From contig JAZKJJ010000007.1 of the NCBI GenBank assembly GCA_040384385.1, positions 38,707-102,706 of the forward strand: a stretch of DNA of 64,000 nt. Direction: 5' to 3'. Within the stretch, counting starts at the first letter, position 1. Each line of letters starts with the position of its first letter. Shown here piece after piece: positions 9,564 to 19,295 of this stretch. The notes beneath the pieces were generated by a model. The model worked only from the letters and a program-made list of their open reading frames with translations, searched no databases and was not told where the DNA came from. Source of the DNA: Pseudomonadota bacterium (GTDB lineage: Bacteria; Pseudomonadota; Gammaproteobacteria; Pseudomonadales; Moraxellaceae). The position numbers and the translations under genes were made by a program.

Positions 9564-10487
9564 ATGTCGATGTCTGATCGTGATGGCGTGATCTGGTATG
9601 ACGGCGAGCTGGTGCCGTGGCGCGAAGCCAAGACCCATGTGCTGACCCACACGCTGCACTACGGCATGGGCGTCTTCGAGGGCGTGCGTGCCTACGCTAC
9701 CGCTCAGGGCCCGTCGATCTTCCGTCTCAAAGAGCATACGCAGCGGTTGTTCAATTCGGCGCACATCATGAACATGCCAATGCCGTTCAGCCAGGCCGAA
9801 ATTAACGAAGCCCACCGCACCGTGGTGCGTGAGAACAAGTTGCCGCACGCCTATCTGCGCCCCATGGCTTTTTACGGCTCCGAAGGTATGGGCCTGCGTG
9901 CCAGCAACCTGAAAGTGCATGTCATTGTGGCTGCTTGGGAATGGCCGGCTTACATGAGCCCGGAAGCGCTGGATGTGGGCATCAAGGTGCGCACGTCGAG
10001 CTACACGCGTCATCATGTCAACATTTCCATGACCCGTGCCAAGGCCAACGGCAACTACATCAACTCCATGCTGGCCTTGCAGGAAGCCATCTCCGGTGGT
10101 GCCGAAGAAGCCCTGCTACTGGATCCGGAAGGCTATGTCGCCGAAGGTTCAGGCGAGAACGTGTTCATCGTGAAAGATGGCGTGATTTTCACCCCGGATG
10201 TGACTTCCTGCCTCGACGGCATCACCCGCAAAACGGTGATCCAGATTGCCGAAGAGCATGGCTACACGGTCAAGGAAAAGCGCATCACGCGTGATGAAGT
10301 TTATATTGCCGACGAAGCGTTCTTCACCGGCACCGCCGCTGAAGTCACGCCGATTCGTGAGCTCGATGGTCGCGTTATTGGTGCTGGCCGTCGTGGCCCG
10401 ATCACTACGGTGCTGCAGAAGGCCTACTTCGAGACCGTGAATGGCGTGCGCAAAGAGCATAGCGACTGGCTGACCCCGGTGGCATAA
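9564..10487 (+). CDS. ilvE: Branched-chain amino acid aminotransferase
   Basis: LHYGMGVFEG, AKANGNY, EGSGEN, LDGITR, FFTGTAAE. Confidence 0.97.
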   Translation: MSMSDRDGVIWYDGELVPWREAKTHVLTHTLHYGMGVFEGVRAYATAQGPSIFRLKEHTQRLFNSAHIMNMPMPFSQAEINEAHRTVVRENKLPHAYLRPMAFYGSEGMGLRASNLKVHVIVAAWEWPAYMSPEALDVGIKVRTSSYTRHHVNISMTRAKANGNYINSMLALQEAISGGAEEALLLDPEGYVAEGSGENVFIVKDGVIFTPDVTSCLDGITRKTVIQIAEEHGYTVKEKRITRDEVYIADEAFFTGTAAEVTPIRELDGRVIGAGRRGPITTVLQKAYFETVNGVRKEHSDWLTPVA

Positions 10488-10508
10488 CACCCATTGCTGT
10501 GCTGTTCT

Positions 10509-10539
10509 AAAAAAGCCTGTCCTTGTGACGGGCTTTTTT
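10509..10539 (+). terminator. Rho-independent terminator after ilvE
   Basis: aaaaaagcctgtc-cttgt-gacgggc-tttttt. Confidence 0.85.
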
Positions 10540-10625
10540 ATCTATTCATGATTCTCTGTTAAAAATAACTAAGCTATTGTTTTTTATTGGTTAGGTATGT
10601 AATTTATCTATTCAGTATCTATTCA
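10539..10625 (+). repeat. Three exact direct repeats TATCTATTCA in an AT-rich spacer
   Basis: Copies at 10539-10548, 10605-10614 and 10616-10625. Confidence 0.85.
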
Positions 10626-10640
10626 TGCCAATGGCTTCCC

Positions 10641-11933
10641 ATGAGCGAAGACCTGCAAGACGCCTTGAGCAGCGGCCCGAGAACGGCGGCCGAGCTGCAA
10701 GCTACACTGGGTATCAGCCAGCCCACGCTGTCGCGCCTGCTCGCCACGCGCCCAGCGCAGGTGTGCCGGCTCGGTCGTGCCCGCGCCACGCGCTATGCTT
10801 GGCGGCGTGAAGTGCGCGGACTGGCGCCCAGTCAGCCGCTTTATCGCATTACTCGCGCCGGGCAAATCACGCAAATTGGCACTTTGCATGTCCTGCAGGG
10901 CGGCTTCTGGTTCGAAGACATCGAGCAGCCGGCTGCTAGCCAGTGGTTCGATGGCCTACCCTGGTTTCTCGCCGATATGCGCCCACAAGGCTTTCTCGGT
11001 CAGCGCTTTGTGCGCCAACTGTCTGACCTAGGTCTGCCGGAAAGCCTCAGCGACTGGCAGGATGATCACGCGCTGGTCGCGCTCGCCTGCCGAGGTGAAG
11101 ATGCGCTGGGAAACCTGATTCTCGGTGAGGCATCGCTGACGCGCTGGCAGGAAACGGCAGGCGCCGATGTGATCGCGCTGGCCGATCGTGTGGCACATTA
11201 TCCGCGCCTCGCTCAAGCTGCTTTGGCGGGCGAAGTGACGGGCACATCCTCGGGTGGCGAGCAGCCTAAGTTCACGGCGATGGTGGGCGATGGCGACCCG
11301 TACGCCGTCATTGTGAAGTTCTCCGAACCCGTCAGCTCACCAGCAGGTCGGCGCTGGGCTGATCTGCTCATTGCCGAGCACCATGCGCTGACCGTCATGG
11401 TGGCGGCAGGCCAGCCGGCGGCACAAACGGAAATCATCGAGGCCGGTGATCGCGTATTTCTCCAGACGCGTCGCTTCGATCGCGAAGATTTGCGCGGGCG
11501 CTCGGGCCTGATCTCGCTGGGCGCAATAGACGACGAATTTGTGGGTCGGCGGCAGCACTGGCTCGATACTGCTACGGCGCTGGCGCAGCAGGGTCGTTTA
11601 AGCGCTGAGTCCGTGGCTCGCGTTGCCTGGCAGCAAGCCTTCGCCGTGCTCATTGGCAACACCGACCGCCACTTCGGCAACTTGTCGGTGTGCTACGAAG
11701 GGCGCTGGCCTGCCGAAGTGGCGCCGGCCTACGACATGCTACCCATGCTTGATGCCCCGGTGCGTGGCGAGCTGCCTGAGCGTATTTTTGCACCGGTATT
11801 GCCATTGATGTGTGGCGAAACTATCGCGCGCGATGCGGCGGAGGCGGCGGTGAGATTTTGGCAGCAGGTGGCAGAAGATGCGCGCGTGTCTCCGGGGTAT
11901 CGAGCGTGCGCGGAGGCGCGGGGCTATTGCTAA
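10641..11933 (+). CDS. HipA-family Ser/Thr kinase with N-terminal HTH (YjjJ/HipH-like)
   Basis: HTH TAAELQATLGISQPTLSRLL; Gly loop GTSSGGEQPKF; catalytic GNTDRHFGN; APAYDMLP; 430 aa from ATG 10641. Confidence 0.88.
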   Translation: MSEDLQDALSSGPRTAAELQATLGISQPTLSRLLATRPAQVCRLGRARATRYAWRREVRGLAPSQPLYRITRAGQITQIGTLHVLQGGFWFEDIEQPAASQWFDGLPWFLADMRPQGFLGQRFVRQLSDLGLPESLSDWQDDHALVALACRGEDALGNLILGEASLTRWQETAGADVIALADRVAHYPRLAQAALAGEVTGTSSGGEQPKFTAMVGDGDPYAVIVKFSEPVSSPAGRRWADLLIAEHHALTVMVAAGQPAAQTEIIEAGDRVFLQTRRFDREDLRGRSGLISLGAIDDEFVGRRQHWLDTATALAQQGRLSAESVARVAWQQAFAVLIGNTDRHFGNLSVCYEGRWPAEVAPAYDMLPMLDAPVRGELPERIFAPVLPLMCGETIARDAAEAAVRFWQQVAEDARVSPGYRACAEARGYC

Positions 11934-12895
11934 GTCGCCTGCCACAATCTCCGCAACAACCGAGCTGTGACACGCGGTGCTTCCACCATCGGCAAGTGCC
12001 CGATGCCATCCAGCAGCTTGACCTCGGCATGTGGGATGAGTTGCTTAAAAGTTTCGGCGCAGGACACATGCAAAACCTTGTCTTCGATACCCCACAGCAC
12101 CAGTGCCGGGACCTTAATGCCAGAAAATGCGGGCAGCTCGGCATCTGGCTCAAATTGCATGAGATGCCGAAACAGATGCTCGTTGACATGACGTCGTGAC
12201 ACCAAGTCCCAGTACATGCCGGGTGCCATCAGCAGTGCGAGAGCACGGCTCGACATGACGGTCGAGAGCAGGCTGAACACACCCTGTGCGTTGTGGGCGA
12301 TGAGGCCATTGCGTCCACGCATCAGACCAGTCTCGAAAGCGGTGTGTACCTGCCCGGCAACGCCGGCAGCGTTCATCAGCGTGACGGTTTTAGTGAGCTG
12401 TGGATACCGTGCGGCGAGCAGGCCGGCGATGCCGCCGCCCATGGAGCTGCCGACCAGATGCGCAGGGTGCCGGATATACAGACGCAGCCATTCGGCCATG
12501 CGCGCTACTTGGGCATCCATGCCGTAGCAGGCGTCGGGGTGAAACTGGCTTTCGCCCCAGCCCGGCAGATCCACCAGAATGACGCGATAGCGCCGCACCA
12601 GGAAAGGCAGCAGCGGCAGCCAATTCTCCTTGCTGGCACCAAAGCCGTGAAGAAGCACAATGCAGTCGCCGCTGAGTTTGCCGCCTTCAAGCCAGACCAT
12701 GCGCTGGCTATCCACACGGGCATGATGCCTAGCCAGGCCGGTCACTGTGCCGTGCAAGCGGTTCAGCAACGGTAGTAGGCTGCGATAACGCCATTGCGCG
12801 ACCTGTTCGGCGTTGGGTTCGCGGGCAGAGCGAAGGTAGGCCGGCCCTACAGCGTCAATGAATTCGCGCTCCAGCGCTGTTACTTGCTCGGTCAC
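11930..12895 (-). CDS. Alpha/beta hydrolase (lipase/esterase-like)
   Basis: HGFGASKENW, DLPGWG, GSSMG nucleophile elbow, WGIEDKV, GIGHLP. Confidence 0.88.
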   Translation of the reverse strand: MTEQVTALEREFIDAVGPAYLRSAREPNAEQVAQWRYRSLLPLLNRLHGTVTGLARHHARVDSQRMVWLEGGKLSGDCIVLLHGFGASKENWLPLLPFLVRRYRVILVDLPGWGESQFHPDACYGMDAQVARMAEWLRLYIRHPAHLVGSSMGGGIAGLLAARYPQLTKTVTLMNAAGVAGQVHTAFETGLMRGRNGLIAHNAQGVFSLLSTVMSSRALALLMAPGMYWDLVSRRHVNEHLFRHLMQFEPDAELPAFSGIKVPALVLWGIEDKVLHVSCAETFKQLIPHAEVKLLDGIGHLPMVEAPRVTARLLRRLWQAT

Positions 12896-12917
12896 GATGT
12901 GAAGCTCCTCCTAAGGG

Positions 12918-13613
12918 TCAGACGATCAGAAAAGTTTCGAGATGGTCGGCTACGCGCGAGTACAACTCTCGCGGCAGATGCGGCGCGAGCTTGCGCAGCA
13001 TGCGTTTGAACAGTGTTCGTACGAGAGCGATCACGCCATTCAAGGTCTTGTCGACGATGAAGTTGAATTTCATGAGGTCTTTCGGCTGAATGGCCAAAGG
13101 TATAATGGCTTCCTCTACCGCTTCGATCAGCAGTTCGATGCCTTCGTCGATGCTGGTGGCGCTACCATCATGCAGACTGGCGAGCACACGCTGGGCATCG
13201 ACGGCGAGGCGTGCTGACAGATTGAACGCCATGTAGGGCTTCATTCCGTCGCCCAGATCAAGCTGATGCATCATGCCGTAAAAATGTGCAATGACTGGCG
13301 GCAGGCGTTCGTTGGCGAGGAAGCCTGCGACCCAGCCCAAGTAATGTCGGGCCTTGTCCTTGATGTCTTCGGCCACGGCCTGGGCTTCGATCAGCACCTT
13401 CGAGGCGTGGGTGCGATTTATGTCGTCGAGCAGGTGCGTGAAGCAGGCATCAATCAGGTCACAGTAGACCTCGGTGAGAAGGCTGATGCCCATCTTCTTG
13501 TCGGCATCTGACAGTTGCGTGCGTGAGCGCTGATACAGGCCTTCAAGGGCATCAGGCACATGTGCTTGCAACGGGCTGGCAATAAAAGGTCGTTTCAAGC
13601 TCATTTGAGACAT
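12918..13613 (-). CDS. Hypothetical, probably helical protein of unknown function
   Basis: ORF tightly packed between the BVMO and hydrolase genes; start uncertain (13604, 13613 or 13634). Confidence 0.7.
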   Translation of the reverse strand: MSQMSLKRPFIASPLQAHVPDALEGLYQRSRTQLSDADKKMGISLLTEVYCDLIDACFTHLLDDINRTHASKVLIEAQAVAEDIKDKARHYLGWVAGFLANERLPPVIAHFYGMMHQLDLGDGMKPYMAFNLSARLAVDAQRVLASLHDGSATSIDEGIELLIEAVEEAIIPLAIQPKDLMKFNFIVDKTLNGVIALVRTLFKRMLRKLAPHLPRELYSRVADHLETFLIV

Positions 13614-13617
13614 CTCA

Positions 13618-15138
13618 TTATGCCGATTCGACATTAAAGTCGCTGAGCTTCAACGTGCCCATCTGCTGTGCATATTGCGTGGCAAAGCCCGGATACATGG
13701 TGGCGTTGAAGCCATCTTCGGTCAGGTACCAGCTCTTGCAGCCGGAGTTCCAGTTGGTGCGTGCCAGGCGCTTCTGGATGGCGCGGTTGTATTGCGCCTG
13801 CACCTCTGGCTTCACGTCGAGCAGGCGCAGCTTCTTCTCGCGCAGTATCTTGATGGTCTCCACGATGTAGCCGATCTGCGACTCCATGTAGACCAGCGCC
13901 GAGTTGTGGCCTGGCCCTGAGTTCGGCCCGAGAATGAACGAAAGGTTGGGATAGCCCGACACATTCACGCTCTTATAGGCCTGCGCGCCGCGTGCCCATT
14001 CCTCCGCGAGCACGCGACCTTGAATGCCGCGGATGGTGAACGGGGTACCGGCCTTGCTGACCTCGAAGCCGGTGGCAAACACAATGCAATCCACCTGATG
14101 CTCAATGCCCTCAGCGGTGCGGATACCCTTGGGCGAAATGGTCGCGATGGGCCAGGTGATGAGCTTGCAGTTCGGCTTTTGCAGGGCTGGGTAGTACTCG
14201 CTAGACATCAGTACGCGCTTGCAGCCGATGCGGAAGTCCGGTGTGAGCTGGCGACGCATCCACGGATCGCTGACCTGCTGCTTGAGGAAGGCCGCACTGA
14301 TGCGCTCGACCACACGCGTCATCGGCGTGCTCCAGATGAAGCTGAAGGCCATCGACTCATGGCCCCAGAATAGCGCCCGGCGTAGCAGGCTCTGCGTGGC
14401 TGGCACGGCACGGAACAGGGCCTTGCTCCATTCCGGCGAACGGTAGTCCATGCGCGGCATGACCCAGCCCGGCGTACGTTGAAATACCGTGACTTTGTCG
14501 GCGACCTTAACCAGCTCAGGGATGATCTGGATGGCGCTGGCACCGGTACCGATCACGGCCACACGCTTGCCCTTGAGATCATAGCTGTGGTCCCAGCGTG
14601 CACTGTGGATGCGCTTGCCTTCAAATGTGTCGATGCCGGGAATCTTGGGCAGGCTGGGGTTGGCGAGGCCGCCGGAGGCCATCACCAGCGAACGCCCGCG
14701 AAAGCTTTCGCCGTCGCTGGTGGTCACGACCCAGTGGCCTGCTGTCTCATCGAAAGCAGCTTCACTGACGGTGCGGCCGAAGCGGATTAGTGGGCGCAGA
14801 TCATTGCTGTCTGCCAAGTGGCAGGCGTAGCCAAGAATTTCGCTACTGCCGGAGTAGGCCCGTGACCAATTTGGATTCGGTGCAAACGAGTACGAATACA
14901 GGTTAGATGGAATATCGCAGGCGGCACCGGGGTAGGTGTTATCACGCCAGGTGCCGCCGACTTCATCTGCACGCTCCAGAATCACGATGTCGCTGATGCC
15001 CTGCTGACGCAGCCGAATGGCCGTGCCCAGCCCGCCGAAGCCGGCACCGATGATCAGCACTTCGCTGACCGCCGCCGGCATGTTGGCTTTCTTTGATTTG
15101 CGAGCACGCGGCGCCGGAATTTTCACTTCTGCATTCAT
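13618..15138 (-). CDS. Flavin-containing monooxygenase, type I Baeyer-Villiger-like
   Basis: GAGFGG, GGTWRDNTYPGAACD, fingerprint FEGKRIHSARWD (FxGxxxHxxxWD), GTGASA, ATGF. Confidence 0.92.
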   Translation of the reverse strand: MNAEVKIPAPRARKSKKANMPAAVSEVLIIGAGFGGLGTAIRLRQQGISDIVILERADEVGGTWRDNTYPGAACDIPSNLYSYSFAPNPNWSRAYSGSSEILGYACHLADSNDLRPLIRFGRTVSEAAFDETAGHWVVTTSDGESFRGRSLVMASGGLANPSLPKIPGIDTFEGKRIHSARWDHSYDLKGKRVAVIGTGASAIQIIPELVKVADKVTVFQRTPGWVMPRMDYRSPEWSKALFRAVPATQSLLRRALFWGHESMAFSFIWSTPMTRVVERISAAFLKQQVSDPWMRRQLTPDFRIGCKRVLMSSEYYPALQKPNCKLITWPIATISPKGIRTAEGIEHQVDCIVFATGFEVSKAGTPFTIRGIQGRVLAEEWARGAQAYKSVNVSGYPNLSFILGPNSGPGHNSALVYMESQIGYIVETIKILREKKLRLLDVKPEVQAQYNRAIQKRLARTNWNSGCKSWYLTEDGFNATMYPGFATQYAQQMGTLKLSDFNVESA

Positions 15139-15163
15139 GATTCAGCTCTCGTTCAAGACAGGT

Positions 15164-16090
15164 TCAGGCAGCCGGATTCCAGGTCAGTTCCTTGACCCAG
15201 CTCGGAATCGGCGGCATCACGCGTTTCGGGATGAAGTCGGTGGCGCGCACCAGGGCATCCACCGGAATGTGATACAGGCGGTTCTGACGGTTGGTGACCC
15301 AGCCGCCATGACGGCTGATGACCTGATACCAGGGGTTGCGCCGGCCCTGTTCGGTACGGCCGCCGATCTTGCGGAACTTGTTCATGGCGGCGTACAGGCT
15401 TTCTTCTTTCAAGCCCAAATTGACGATGTTGTCGCGCATGCGGTTGAGCAGCGGCACATAAGACAGGATGCCGAGGATCAGGCGCGGATCCGCCATGGTT
15501 GCGACCATCTTCAGCGTGTTCTGGTAGACCTTGCCGTGGCCCTGCATCTCCAGCACATGGAAGCCGACCCCTAGGTGACGCGACTCGTCATCGTTGATGT
15601 GAGCGAAGGCCTGATGGCAAACCGGGTCGGCCACCGTGTCGAGCAGGAACTTGCAGAGCGCGCCATCGAGGGCGATTTCCAGCATGGGGATGACCGAGCC
15701 CAGGGCCTCCAGCGGCATGTCGTCGCTGTAGCGATCCAGCCATTCGATGACCAGGCGCAGGTTGATGTTGGGCTCTGGAATCGTGTCGCCATCGAGCATG
15801 CCCCAGCGCTTCATCAGCGCCATTTCAGCATTGGCATGACGCTGCTCTTCGGCATGGAAATAGACATAGATTTCCTTCAGCGTGTCGTTCGGGGCCTTCT
15901 TCGCCATGGCGGCAAAACCGCGCGCGCCGACATGTTCGATCCACATCAGATCGGCCATGAACTCCTTCAGCTTCGGCCACTGCTCCGGCGTGATCAGCTC
16001 GGCACCGGGGGCATCCCAGTCGATGTCGGCGAGCGCCCACTGGCTGCTCTTGATCTTGGCCAGCATGTTTTCCAGATTGATCGTTGCCAT
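15164..16090 (-). CDS. Ferritin-like diiron protein
   Basis: Ligand pattern WIEH ... EEQRH ... LEIALD ... DESRH (E / ExxH / E / ExxH). Confidence 0.8.
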   Translation of the reverse strand: MATINLENMLAKIKSSQWALADIDWDAPGAELITPEQWPKLKEFMADLMWIEHVGARGFAAMAKKAPNDTLKEIYVYFHAEEQRHANAEMALMKRWGMLDGDTIPEPNINLRLVIEWLDRYSDDMPLEALGSVIPMLEIALDGALCKFLLDTVADPVCHQAFAHINDDESRHLGVGFHVLEMQGHGKVYQNTLKMVATMADPRLILGILSYVPLLNRMRDNIVNLGLKEESLYAAMNKFRKIGGRTEQGRRNPWYQVISRHGGWVTNRQNRLYHIPVDALVRATDFIPKRVMPPIPSWVKELTWNPAA

Positions 16091-16107
16091 GATGTTGCTC
16101 CTGAGAA

Positions 16108-16935
16108 TTAAAGGCTGCTGCCGGCGTAGCGATTGATGAGGCCGGCACCACGGGCATAGAGCGCCGGAGCCAGACGCTTGCTGCGCCAGATCATGCGAGC
16201 GTCGAATTGCGGCAGTACGTAGAGCTGGTTTTTGTCGAGGGCATCGAGAGCTGTTTTAGCCACGCGTTCGGGGGCGAAGCCGATCCAGCTCATGATTTTC
16301 TCCGCCATGCGCGATGAGCCTTCGGTGATGCGGCCATCGCGCGCGATATTGGTTTTCACGAAGGTCGGGCAGAGCGCGGTCACCGCAATGCCAGTGCCGG
16401 CCATCTCGGCGGACAGCGTTTCCGACAACGCCAATGCGGCGGCCTTGCTCACGTTGTAGGCACCCATGCGCGGGGCGGCGGAAAAGCTGGCGGTGGAGCA
16501 GACATTGATGATGCCGCCGCGACCGAGCGCACGCAGGCGTGGTGCAAACACATGGCAGCCGTGAATCACGCCCCAGAGGTTGATGCCTAGCGCCCACTGC
16601 CAATCGGCCATCGGCAGCTCGCCAACGACCTGGCCACCGGCACCGACGCCGGCGTTGTTGATGATCAGATCCACCGGGCTGCGTAGCCAGGCCTCAGCCT
16701 GCTCGGCCAGTGCTTCGACATCGGCGAGCTGGCTGACATCGCAGCGAAGCGCATGGGCTTGACCACCTTGGGCGATAATCATCGCGACAGTTTCTTCTGC
16801 CGTGGCCAGATTGATGTCGGCGCAAATGACGCGGCCGCCGCGTGCCGCCAGTTCCTGCGCAAAGGCACGGCCGATGCCGCTGCCGGCACCGGTGACAACA
16901 GCGGATGCCTGGGCTGAAATCTTCTGCTTGGCCAT
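16108..16935 (-). CDS. Short-chain dehydrogenase/reductase
   Basis: TGAGSGIG, NNAG, YNVSK. Confidence 0.93.
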   Translation of the reverse strand: MAKQKISAQASAVVTGAGSGIGRAFAQELAARGGRVICADINLATAEETVAMIIAQGGQAHALRCDVSQLADVEALAEQAEAWLRSPVDLIINNAGVGAGGQVVGELPMADWQWALGINLWGVIHGCHVFAPRLRALGRGGIINVCSTASFSAAPRMGAYNVSKAAALALSETLSAEMAGTGIAVTALCPTFVKTNIARDGRITEGSSRMAEKIMSWIGFAPERVAKTALDALDKNQLYVLPQFDARMIWRSKRLAPALYARGAGLINRYAGSSL

Positions 16936-17046
16936 GAGTTCACTCCTTCAATGTCGTTCAATAATGTGACAGTGAAGAATGTTACTTGTTGGTCGCCATG
17001 GTGAAAGGCTATGCTCGGACAGGTTTTTGTCATTAGCAGACGAGTT

Positions 17047-18069
17047 ATGGCTGTTGCACTGCGAGCATCCGAGGGCGTTCTGGTCGCGCGCTATCTGCAA
17101 TTCATGCTGGATTTTATGGCGGCGCGTGGCGTTTCCGCCGAGCAGCTACTGGCCGACACCGGCCTGCACGCGGATGAGCTGCGCGCCAACCCGGACTACT
17201 TTGTCTCGCTGCCGGCCATTCTGCGCACGCTGCAGAATCTGCATCGCCTCGATACTTCACCGACCTTGTCGTTCGAGCTTGGCGCCACCTTCAACATTGG
17301 CAGTCACGGCTTTCTCGGCTATGCCGTGCAGGCCAGCCCGAATCTGGCGGAAGCCCTGCTGCTGGTGAATCGCTATGCCCTGACCCGCACGCAGTTGTTG
17401 CAGATCAGCTTTGTGCCGGACGGCGATGCGGTGATGCTGGAAATCACCGATCAAGGCCTGCTCGGGCCATGGTTTCCGCATCTGATCGAGGCTCTGCTGG
17501 GCTGCTTCCAGGTCATTGCCTTTGAGCTCTTCCCGGACTTTTCGCACGATGGCGTGAGCATGCAGTTCAGCTTCCCCGAAGCTCCCCAGCATGTGCTGCT
17601 GCGCCTGCTGGTGCAGGACAGAATCCAGTTCGACTGCGCCGTAACGCGCATCAAATTCCCGATGGCGCTGCTCGCCAGACCCTTGCCGCGCTCCGATACC
17701 CAGCTCGCTGCCTTAGCCGCCGCGCGCTGCGCCGAAGAGCTGGAGCACGCCGAGGCCAGAGCCGACTTCCTGACACGACTGCGTAGGCTGACGCAGCAGC
17801 ATCTCGCCGAAGCCAATGCGCAGGAGCAGGTCGCCGCGAGCCTGAACATGACGCCGCGCACGCTGCACCGGCGCTTGCAGCAAGAGGGTCTGAGCTTCAA
17901 GCAGCTGCTCGATGATCTGCGCCGCAACACAGCGGCGAATATGCTGCGCCATGAGCGCATGGCCATCGGCGATATTGCGCAATCGCTGGGCTATCAGGAT
18001 CAGGCCAATTTCGTCCGAGCCTTCAAGCGCTGGACGGGCAGCACGCCGAGCCAGTTCAGAAAAGCCTGA
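17047..18069 (+). CDS. AraC-family transcriptional regulator
   Basis: C-terminal double HTH (VAASLNMTPRTLHRRL; LGYQDQANFVRAFKRWTG); divergent from the SDR operon. Confidence 0.92.
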   Translation: MAVALRASEGVLVARYLQFMLDFMAARGVSAEQLLADTGLHADELRANPDYFVSLPAILRTLQNLHRLDTSPTLSFELGATFNIGSHGFLGYAVQASPNLAEALLLVNRYALTRTQLLQISFVPDGDAVMLEITDQGLLGPWFPHLIEALLGCFQVIAFELFPDFSHDGVSMQFSFPEAPQHVLLRLLVQDRIQFDCAVTRIKFPMALLARPLPRSDTQLAALAAARCAEELEHAEARADFLTRLRRLTQQHLAEANAQEQVAASLNMTPRTLHRRLQQEGLSFKQLLDDLRRNTAANMLRHERMAIGDIAQSLGYQDQANFVRAFKRWTGSTPSQFRKA

Positions 18070-18128
18070 GGCGTCGGTTATGCTGTGCTCATCACGCCGC
18101 GCCCAATTACAAACTCCCGGAGTTCACG

Positions 18129-18632
18129 ATGTCTGATAACTTGCCGCTGTCGCAGCTACCGAAACTACCCTGGTGGCTGGCCTTGCCGGCCTTCGGCCTC
18201 GGTTCCGGCTACAGCCCGAAAGCACCGGGCACCATGGGCTCGCTGGTGGCGCTGGTGCTTTTCGCCGGCCTCGCGGCCTTGCCGCTGCCCGCCTACCTGA
18301 TCGTGATTCTGGTCAGCACCGTCGCCGGCATTGCCATTTGCGATGCCGCCGCGACGCGCATGGGCGTGCACGATCACTCCGGCATCGTCTGGGATGAATT
18401 CGTTGGCCAATGGATCGCGTTGCTGCCACTGGTACCAGTGGCAGCCTGGGATACGCGTACGCTGCTGGCGGTGGCTGCCGGTTTTGCACTGTTCCGTCTC
18501 TTCGATATCTGGAAGCCGTGGCCGGTGCGCTGGGCTGATCGTCGTGTCGAAGGTGGCTTCGGTATCATGCTTGATGATCTGATTGCCGGTGCCATGGCAG
18601 CGCTGGTGCTGGTGCTGCTCCTGCGTCTGTGA
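18129..18632 (+). CDS. pgpA: Phosphatidylglycerophosphatase A
   Basis: GSGYSPKAPGTMGS, HDHSGIVWDEFVG, FRLFDIWKPWP, GIMLDD. Confidence 0.95.
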   Translation: MSDNLPLSQLPKLPWWLALPAFGLGSGYSPKAPGTMGSLVALVLFAGLAALPLPAYLIVILVSTVAGIAICDAAATRMGVHDHSGIVWDEFVGQWIALLPLVPVAAWDTRTLLAVAAGFALFRLFDIWKPWPVRWADRRVEGGFGIMLDDLIAGAMAALVLVLLLRL

Positions 18633-18636
18633 AAGT

Positions 18637-18645
18637 TGCTACAAT
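18637..18645 (+). promoter_or_regulatory. Extended -10 promoter of ribA
   Basis: TGcTACAAT about 32 nt upstream of GTG 18678; GGAG SD in between. Confidence 0.5.
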
Positions 18646-18677
18646 CGCGGCCCTTGATGATTTCCGGAGCTAGCCCG

Positions 18678-19277
18678 GTGGCCTTTGTTTTTGTTGCCTC
18701 CTCCCGTTTGCCCACGCGTCATGGCGAATTCAGCATTCACGCCTTTGAAGATGTCGAGACCGGCAAAGAGCATGTCGCCCTGAGCATGGGCGATCTCGCC
18801 AATGGTCAGCCGGCATTGGCGCGTCTGCACTCCGAATGTCTCACTGGCGATGGCTTCGGCAGCCTGCGCTGCGACTGCGGCCCACAGCTGGAAGAGGCCA
18901 TGCGTCTGGTCGCCCAAGCCGGTCACGGCGTGATTCTGTATTTGCGCCAGGAGGGTCGCGGCATTGGCTTGGTCAACAAGATCCGTGCTTACGCCTTGCA
19001 GGATGCCGGTGCCGATACCGTCGAGGCCAACGAGCAGCTGGGCTTTGGCGCTGACCTGCGCGAATACGCGATGTGCGGCGATATGCTGCGCCACCTCGGC
19101 GTTACGCAGGTGCGCTTGATGACGAACAATCCGAAGAAGGTGGCGGCGGTGGAAGCCAATGGCGTGCAGGTGGTTGAGCGTGTGCCGCTGATCTCCGGCC
19201 TCAATCCGCACAACGAAGGCTATATGCAGACCAAGACCGACAAGATGGGGCATTTGCTGCCCGACGATTCGGTCTAA
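18678..19277 (+). CDS. ribA: GTP cyclohydrolase II
   Basis: [35 protein letters not shown]; GTG start inferred from SD. Confidence 0.96.
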   Translation: MAFVFVASSRLPTRHGEFSIHAFEDVETGKEHVALSMGDLANGQPALARLHSECLTGDGFGSLRCDCGPQLEEAMRLVAQAGHGVILYLRQEGRGIGLVNKIRAYALQDAGADTVEANEQLGFGADLREYAMCGDMLRHLGVTQVRLMTNNPKKVAAVEANGVQVVERVPLISGLNPHNEGYMQTKTDKMGHLLPDDSV

Positions 19278-19295
19278 GCTTTAGCGTTTCAAGAT

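Noticed and set aside
10539-10625. CRISPR or iteron interpretation of the TATCTATTCA repeats
   Set aside because: Repeats are 10 bp with irregular spacing; no cas or rep genes are present.
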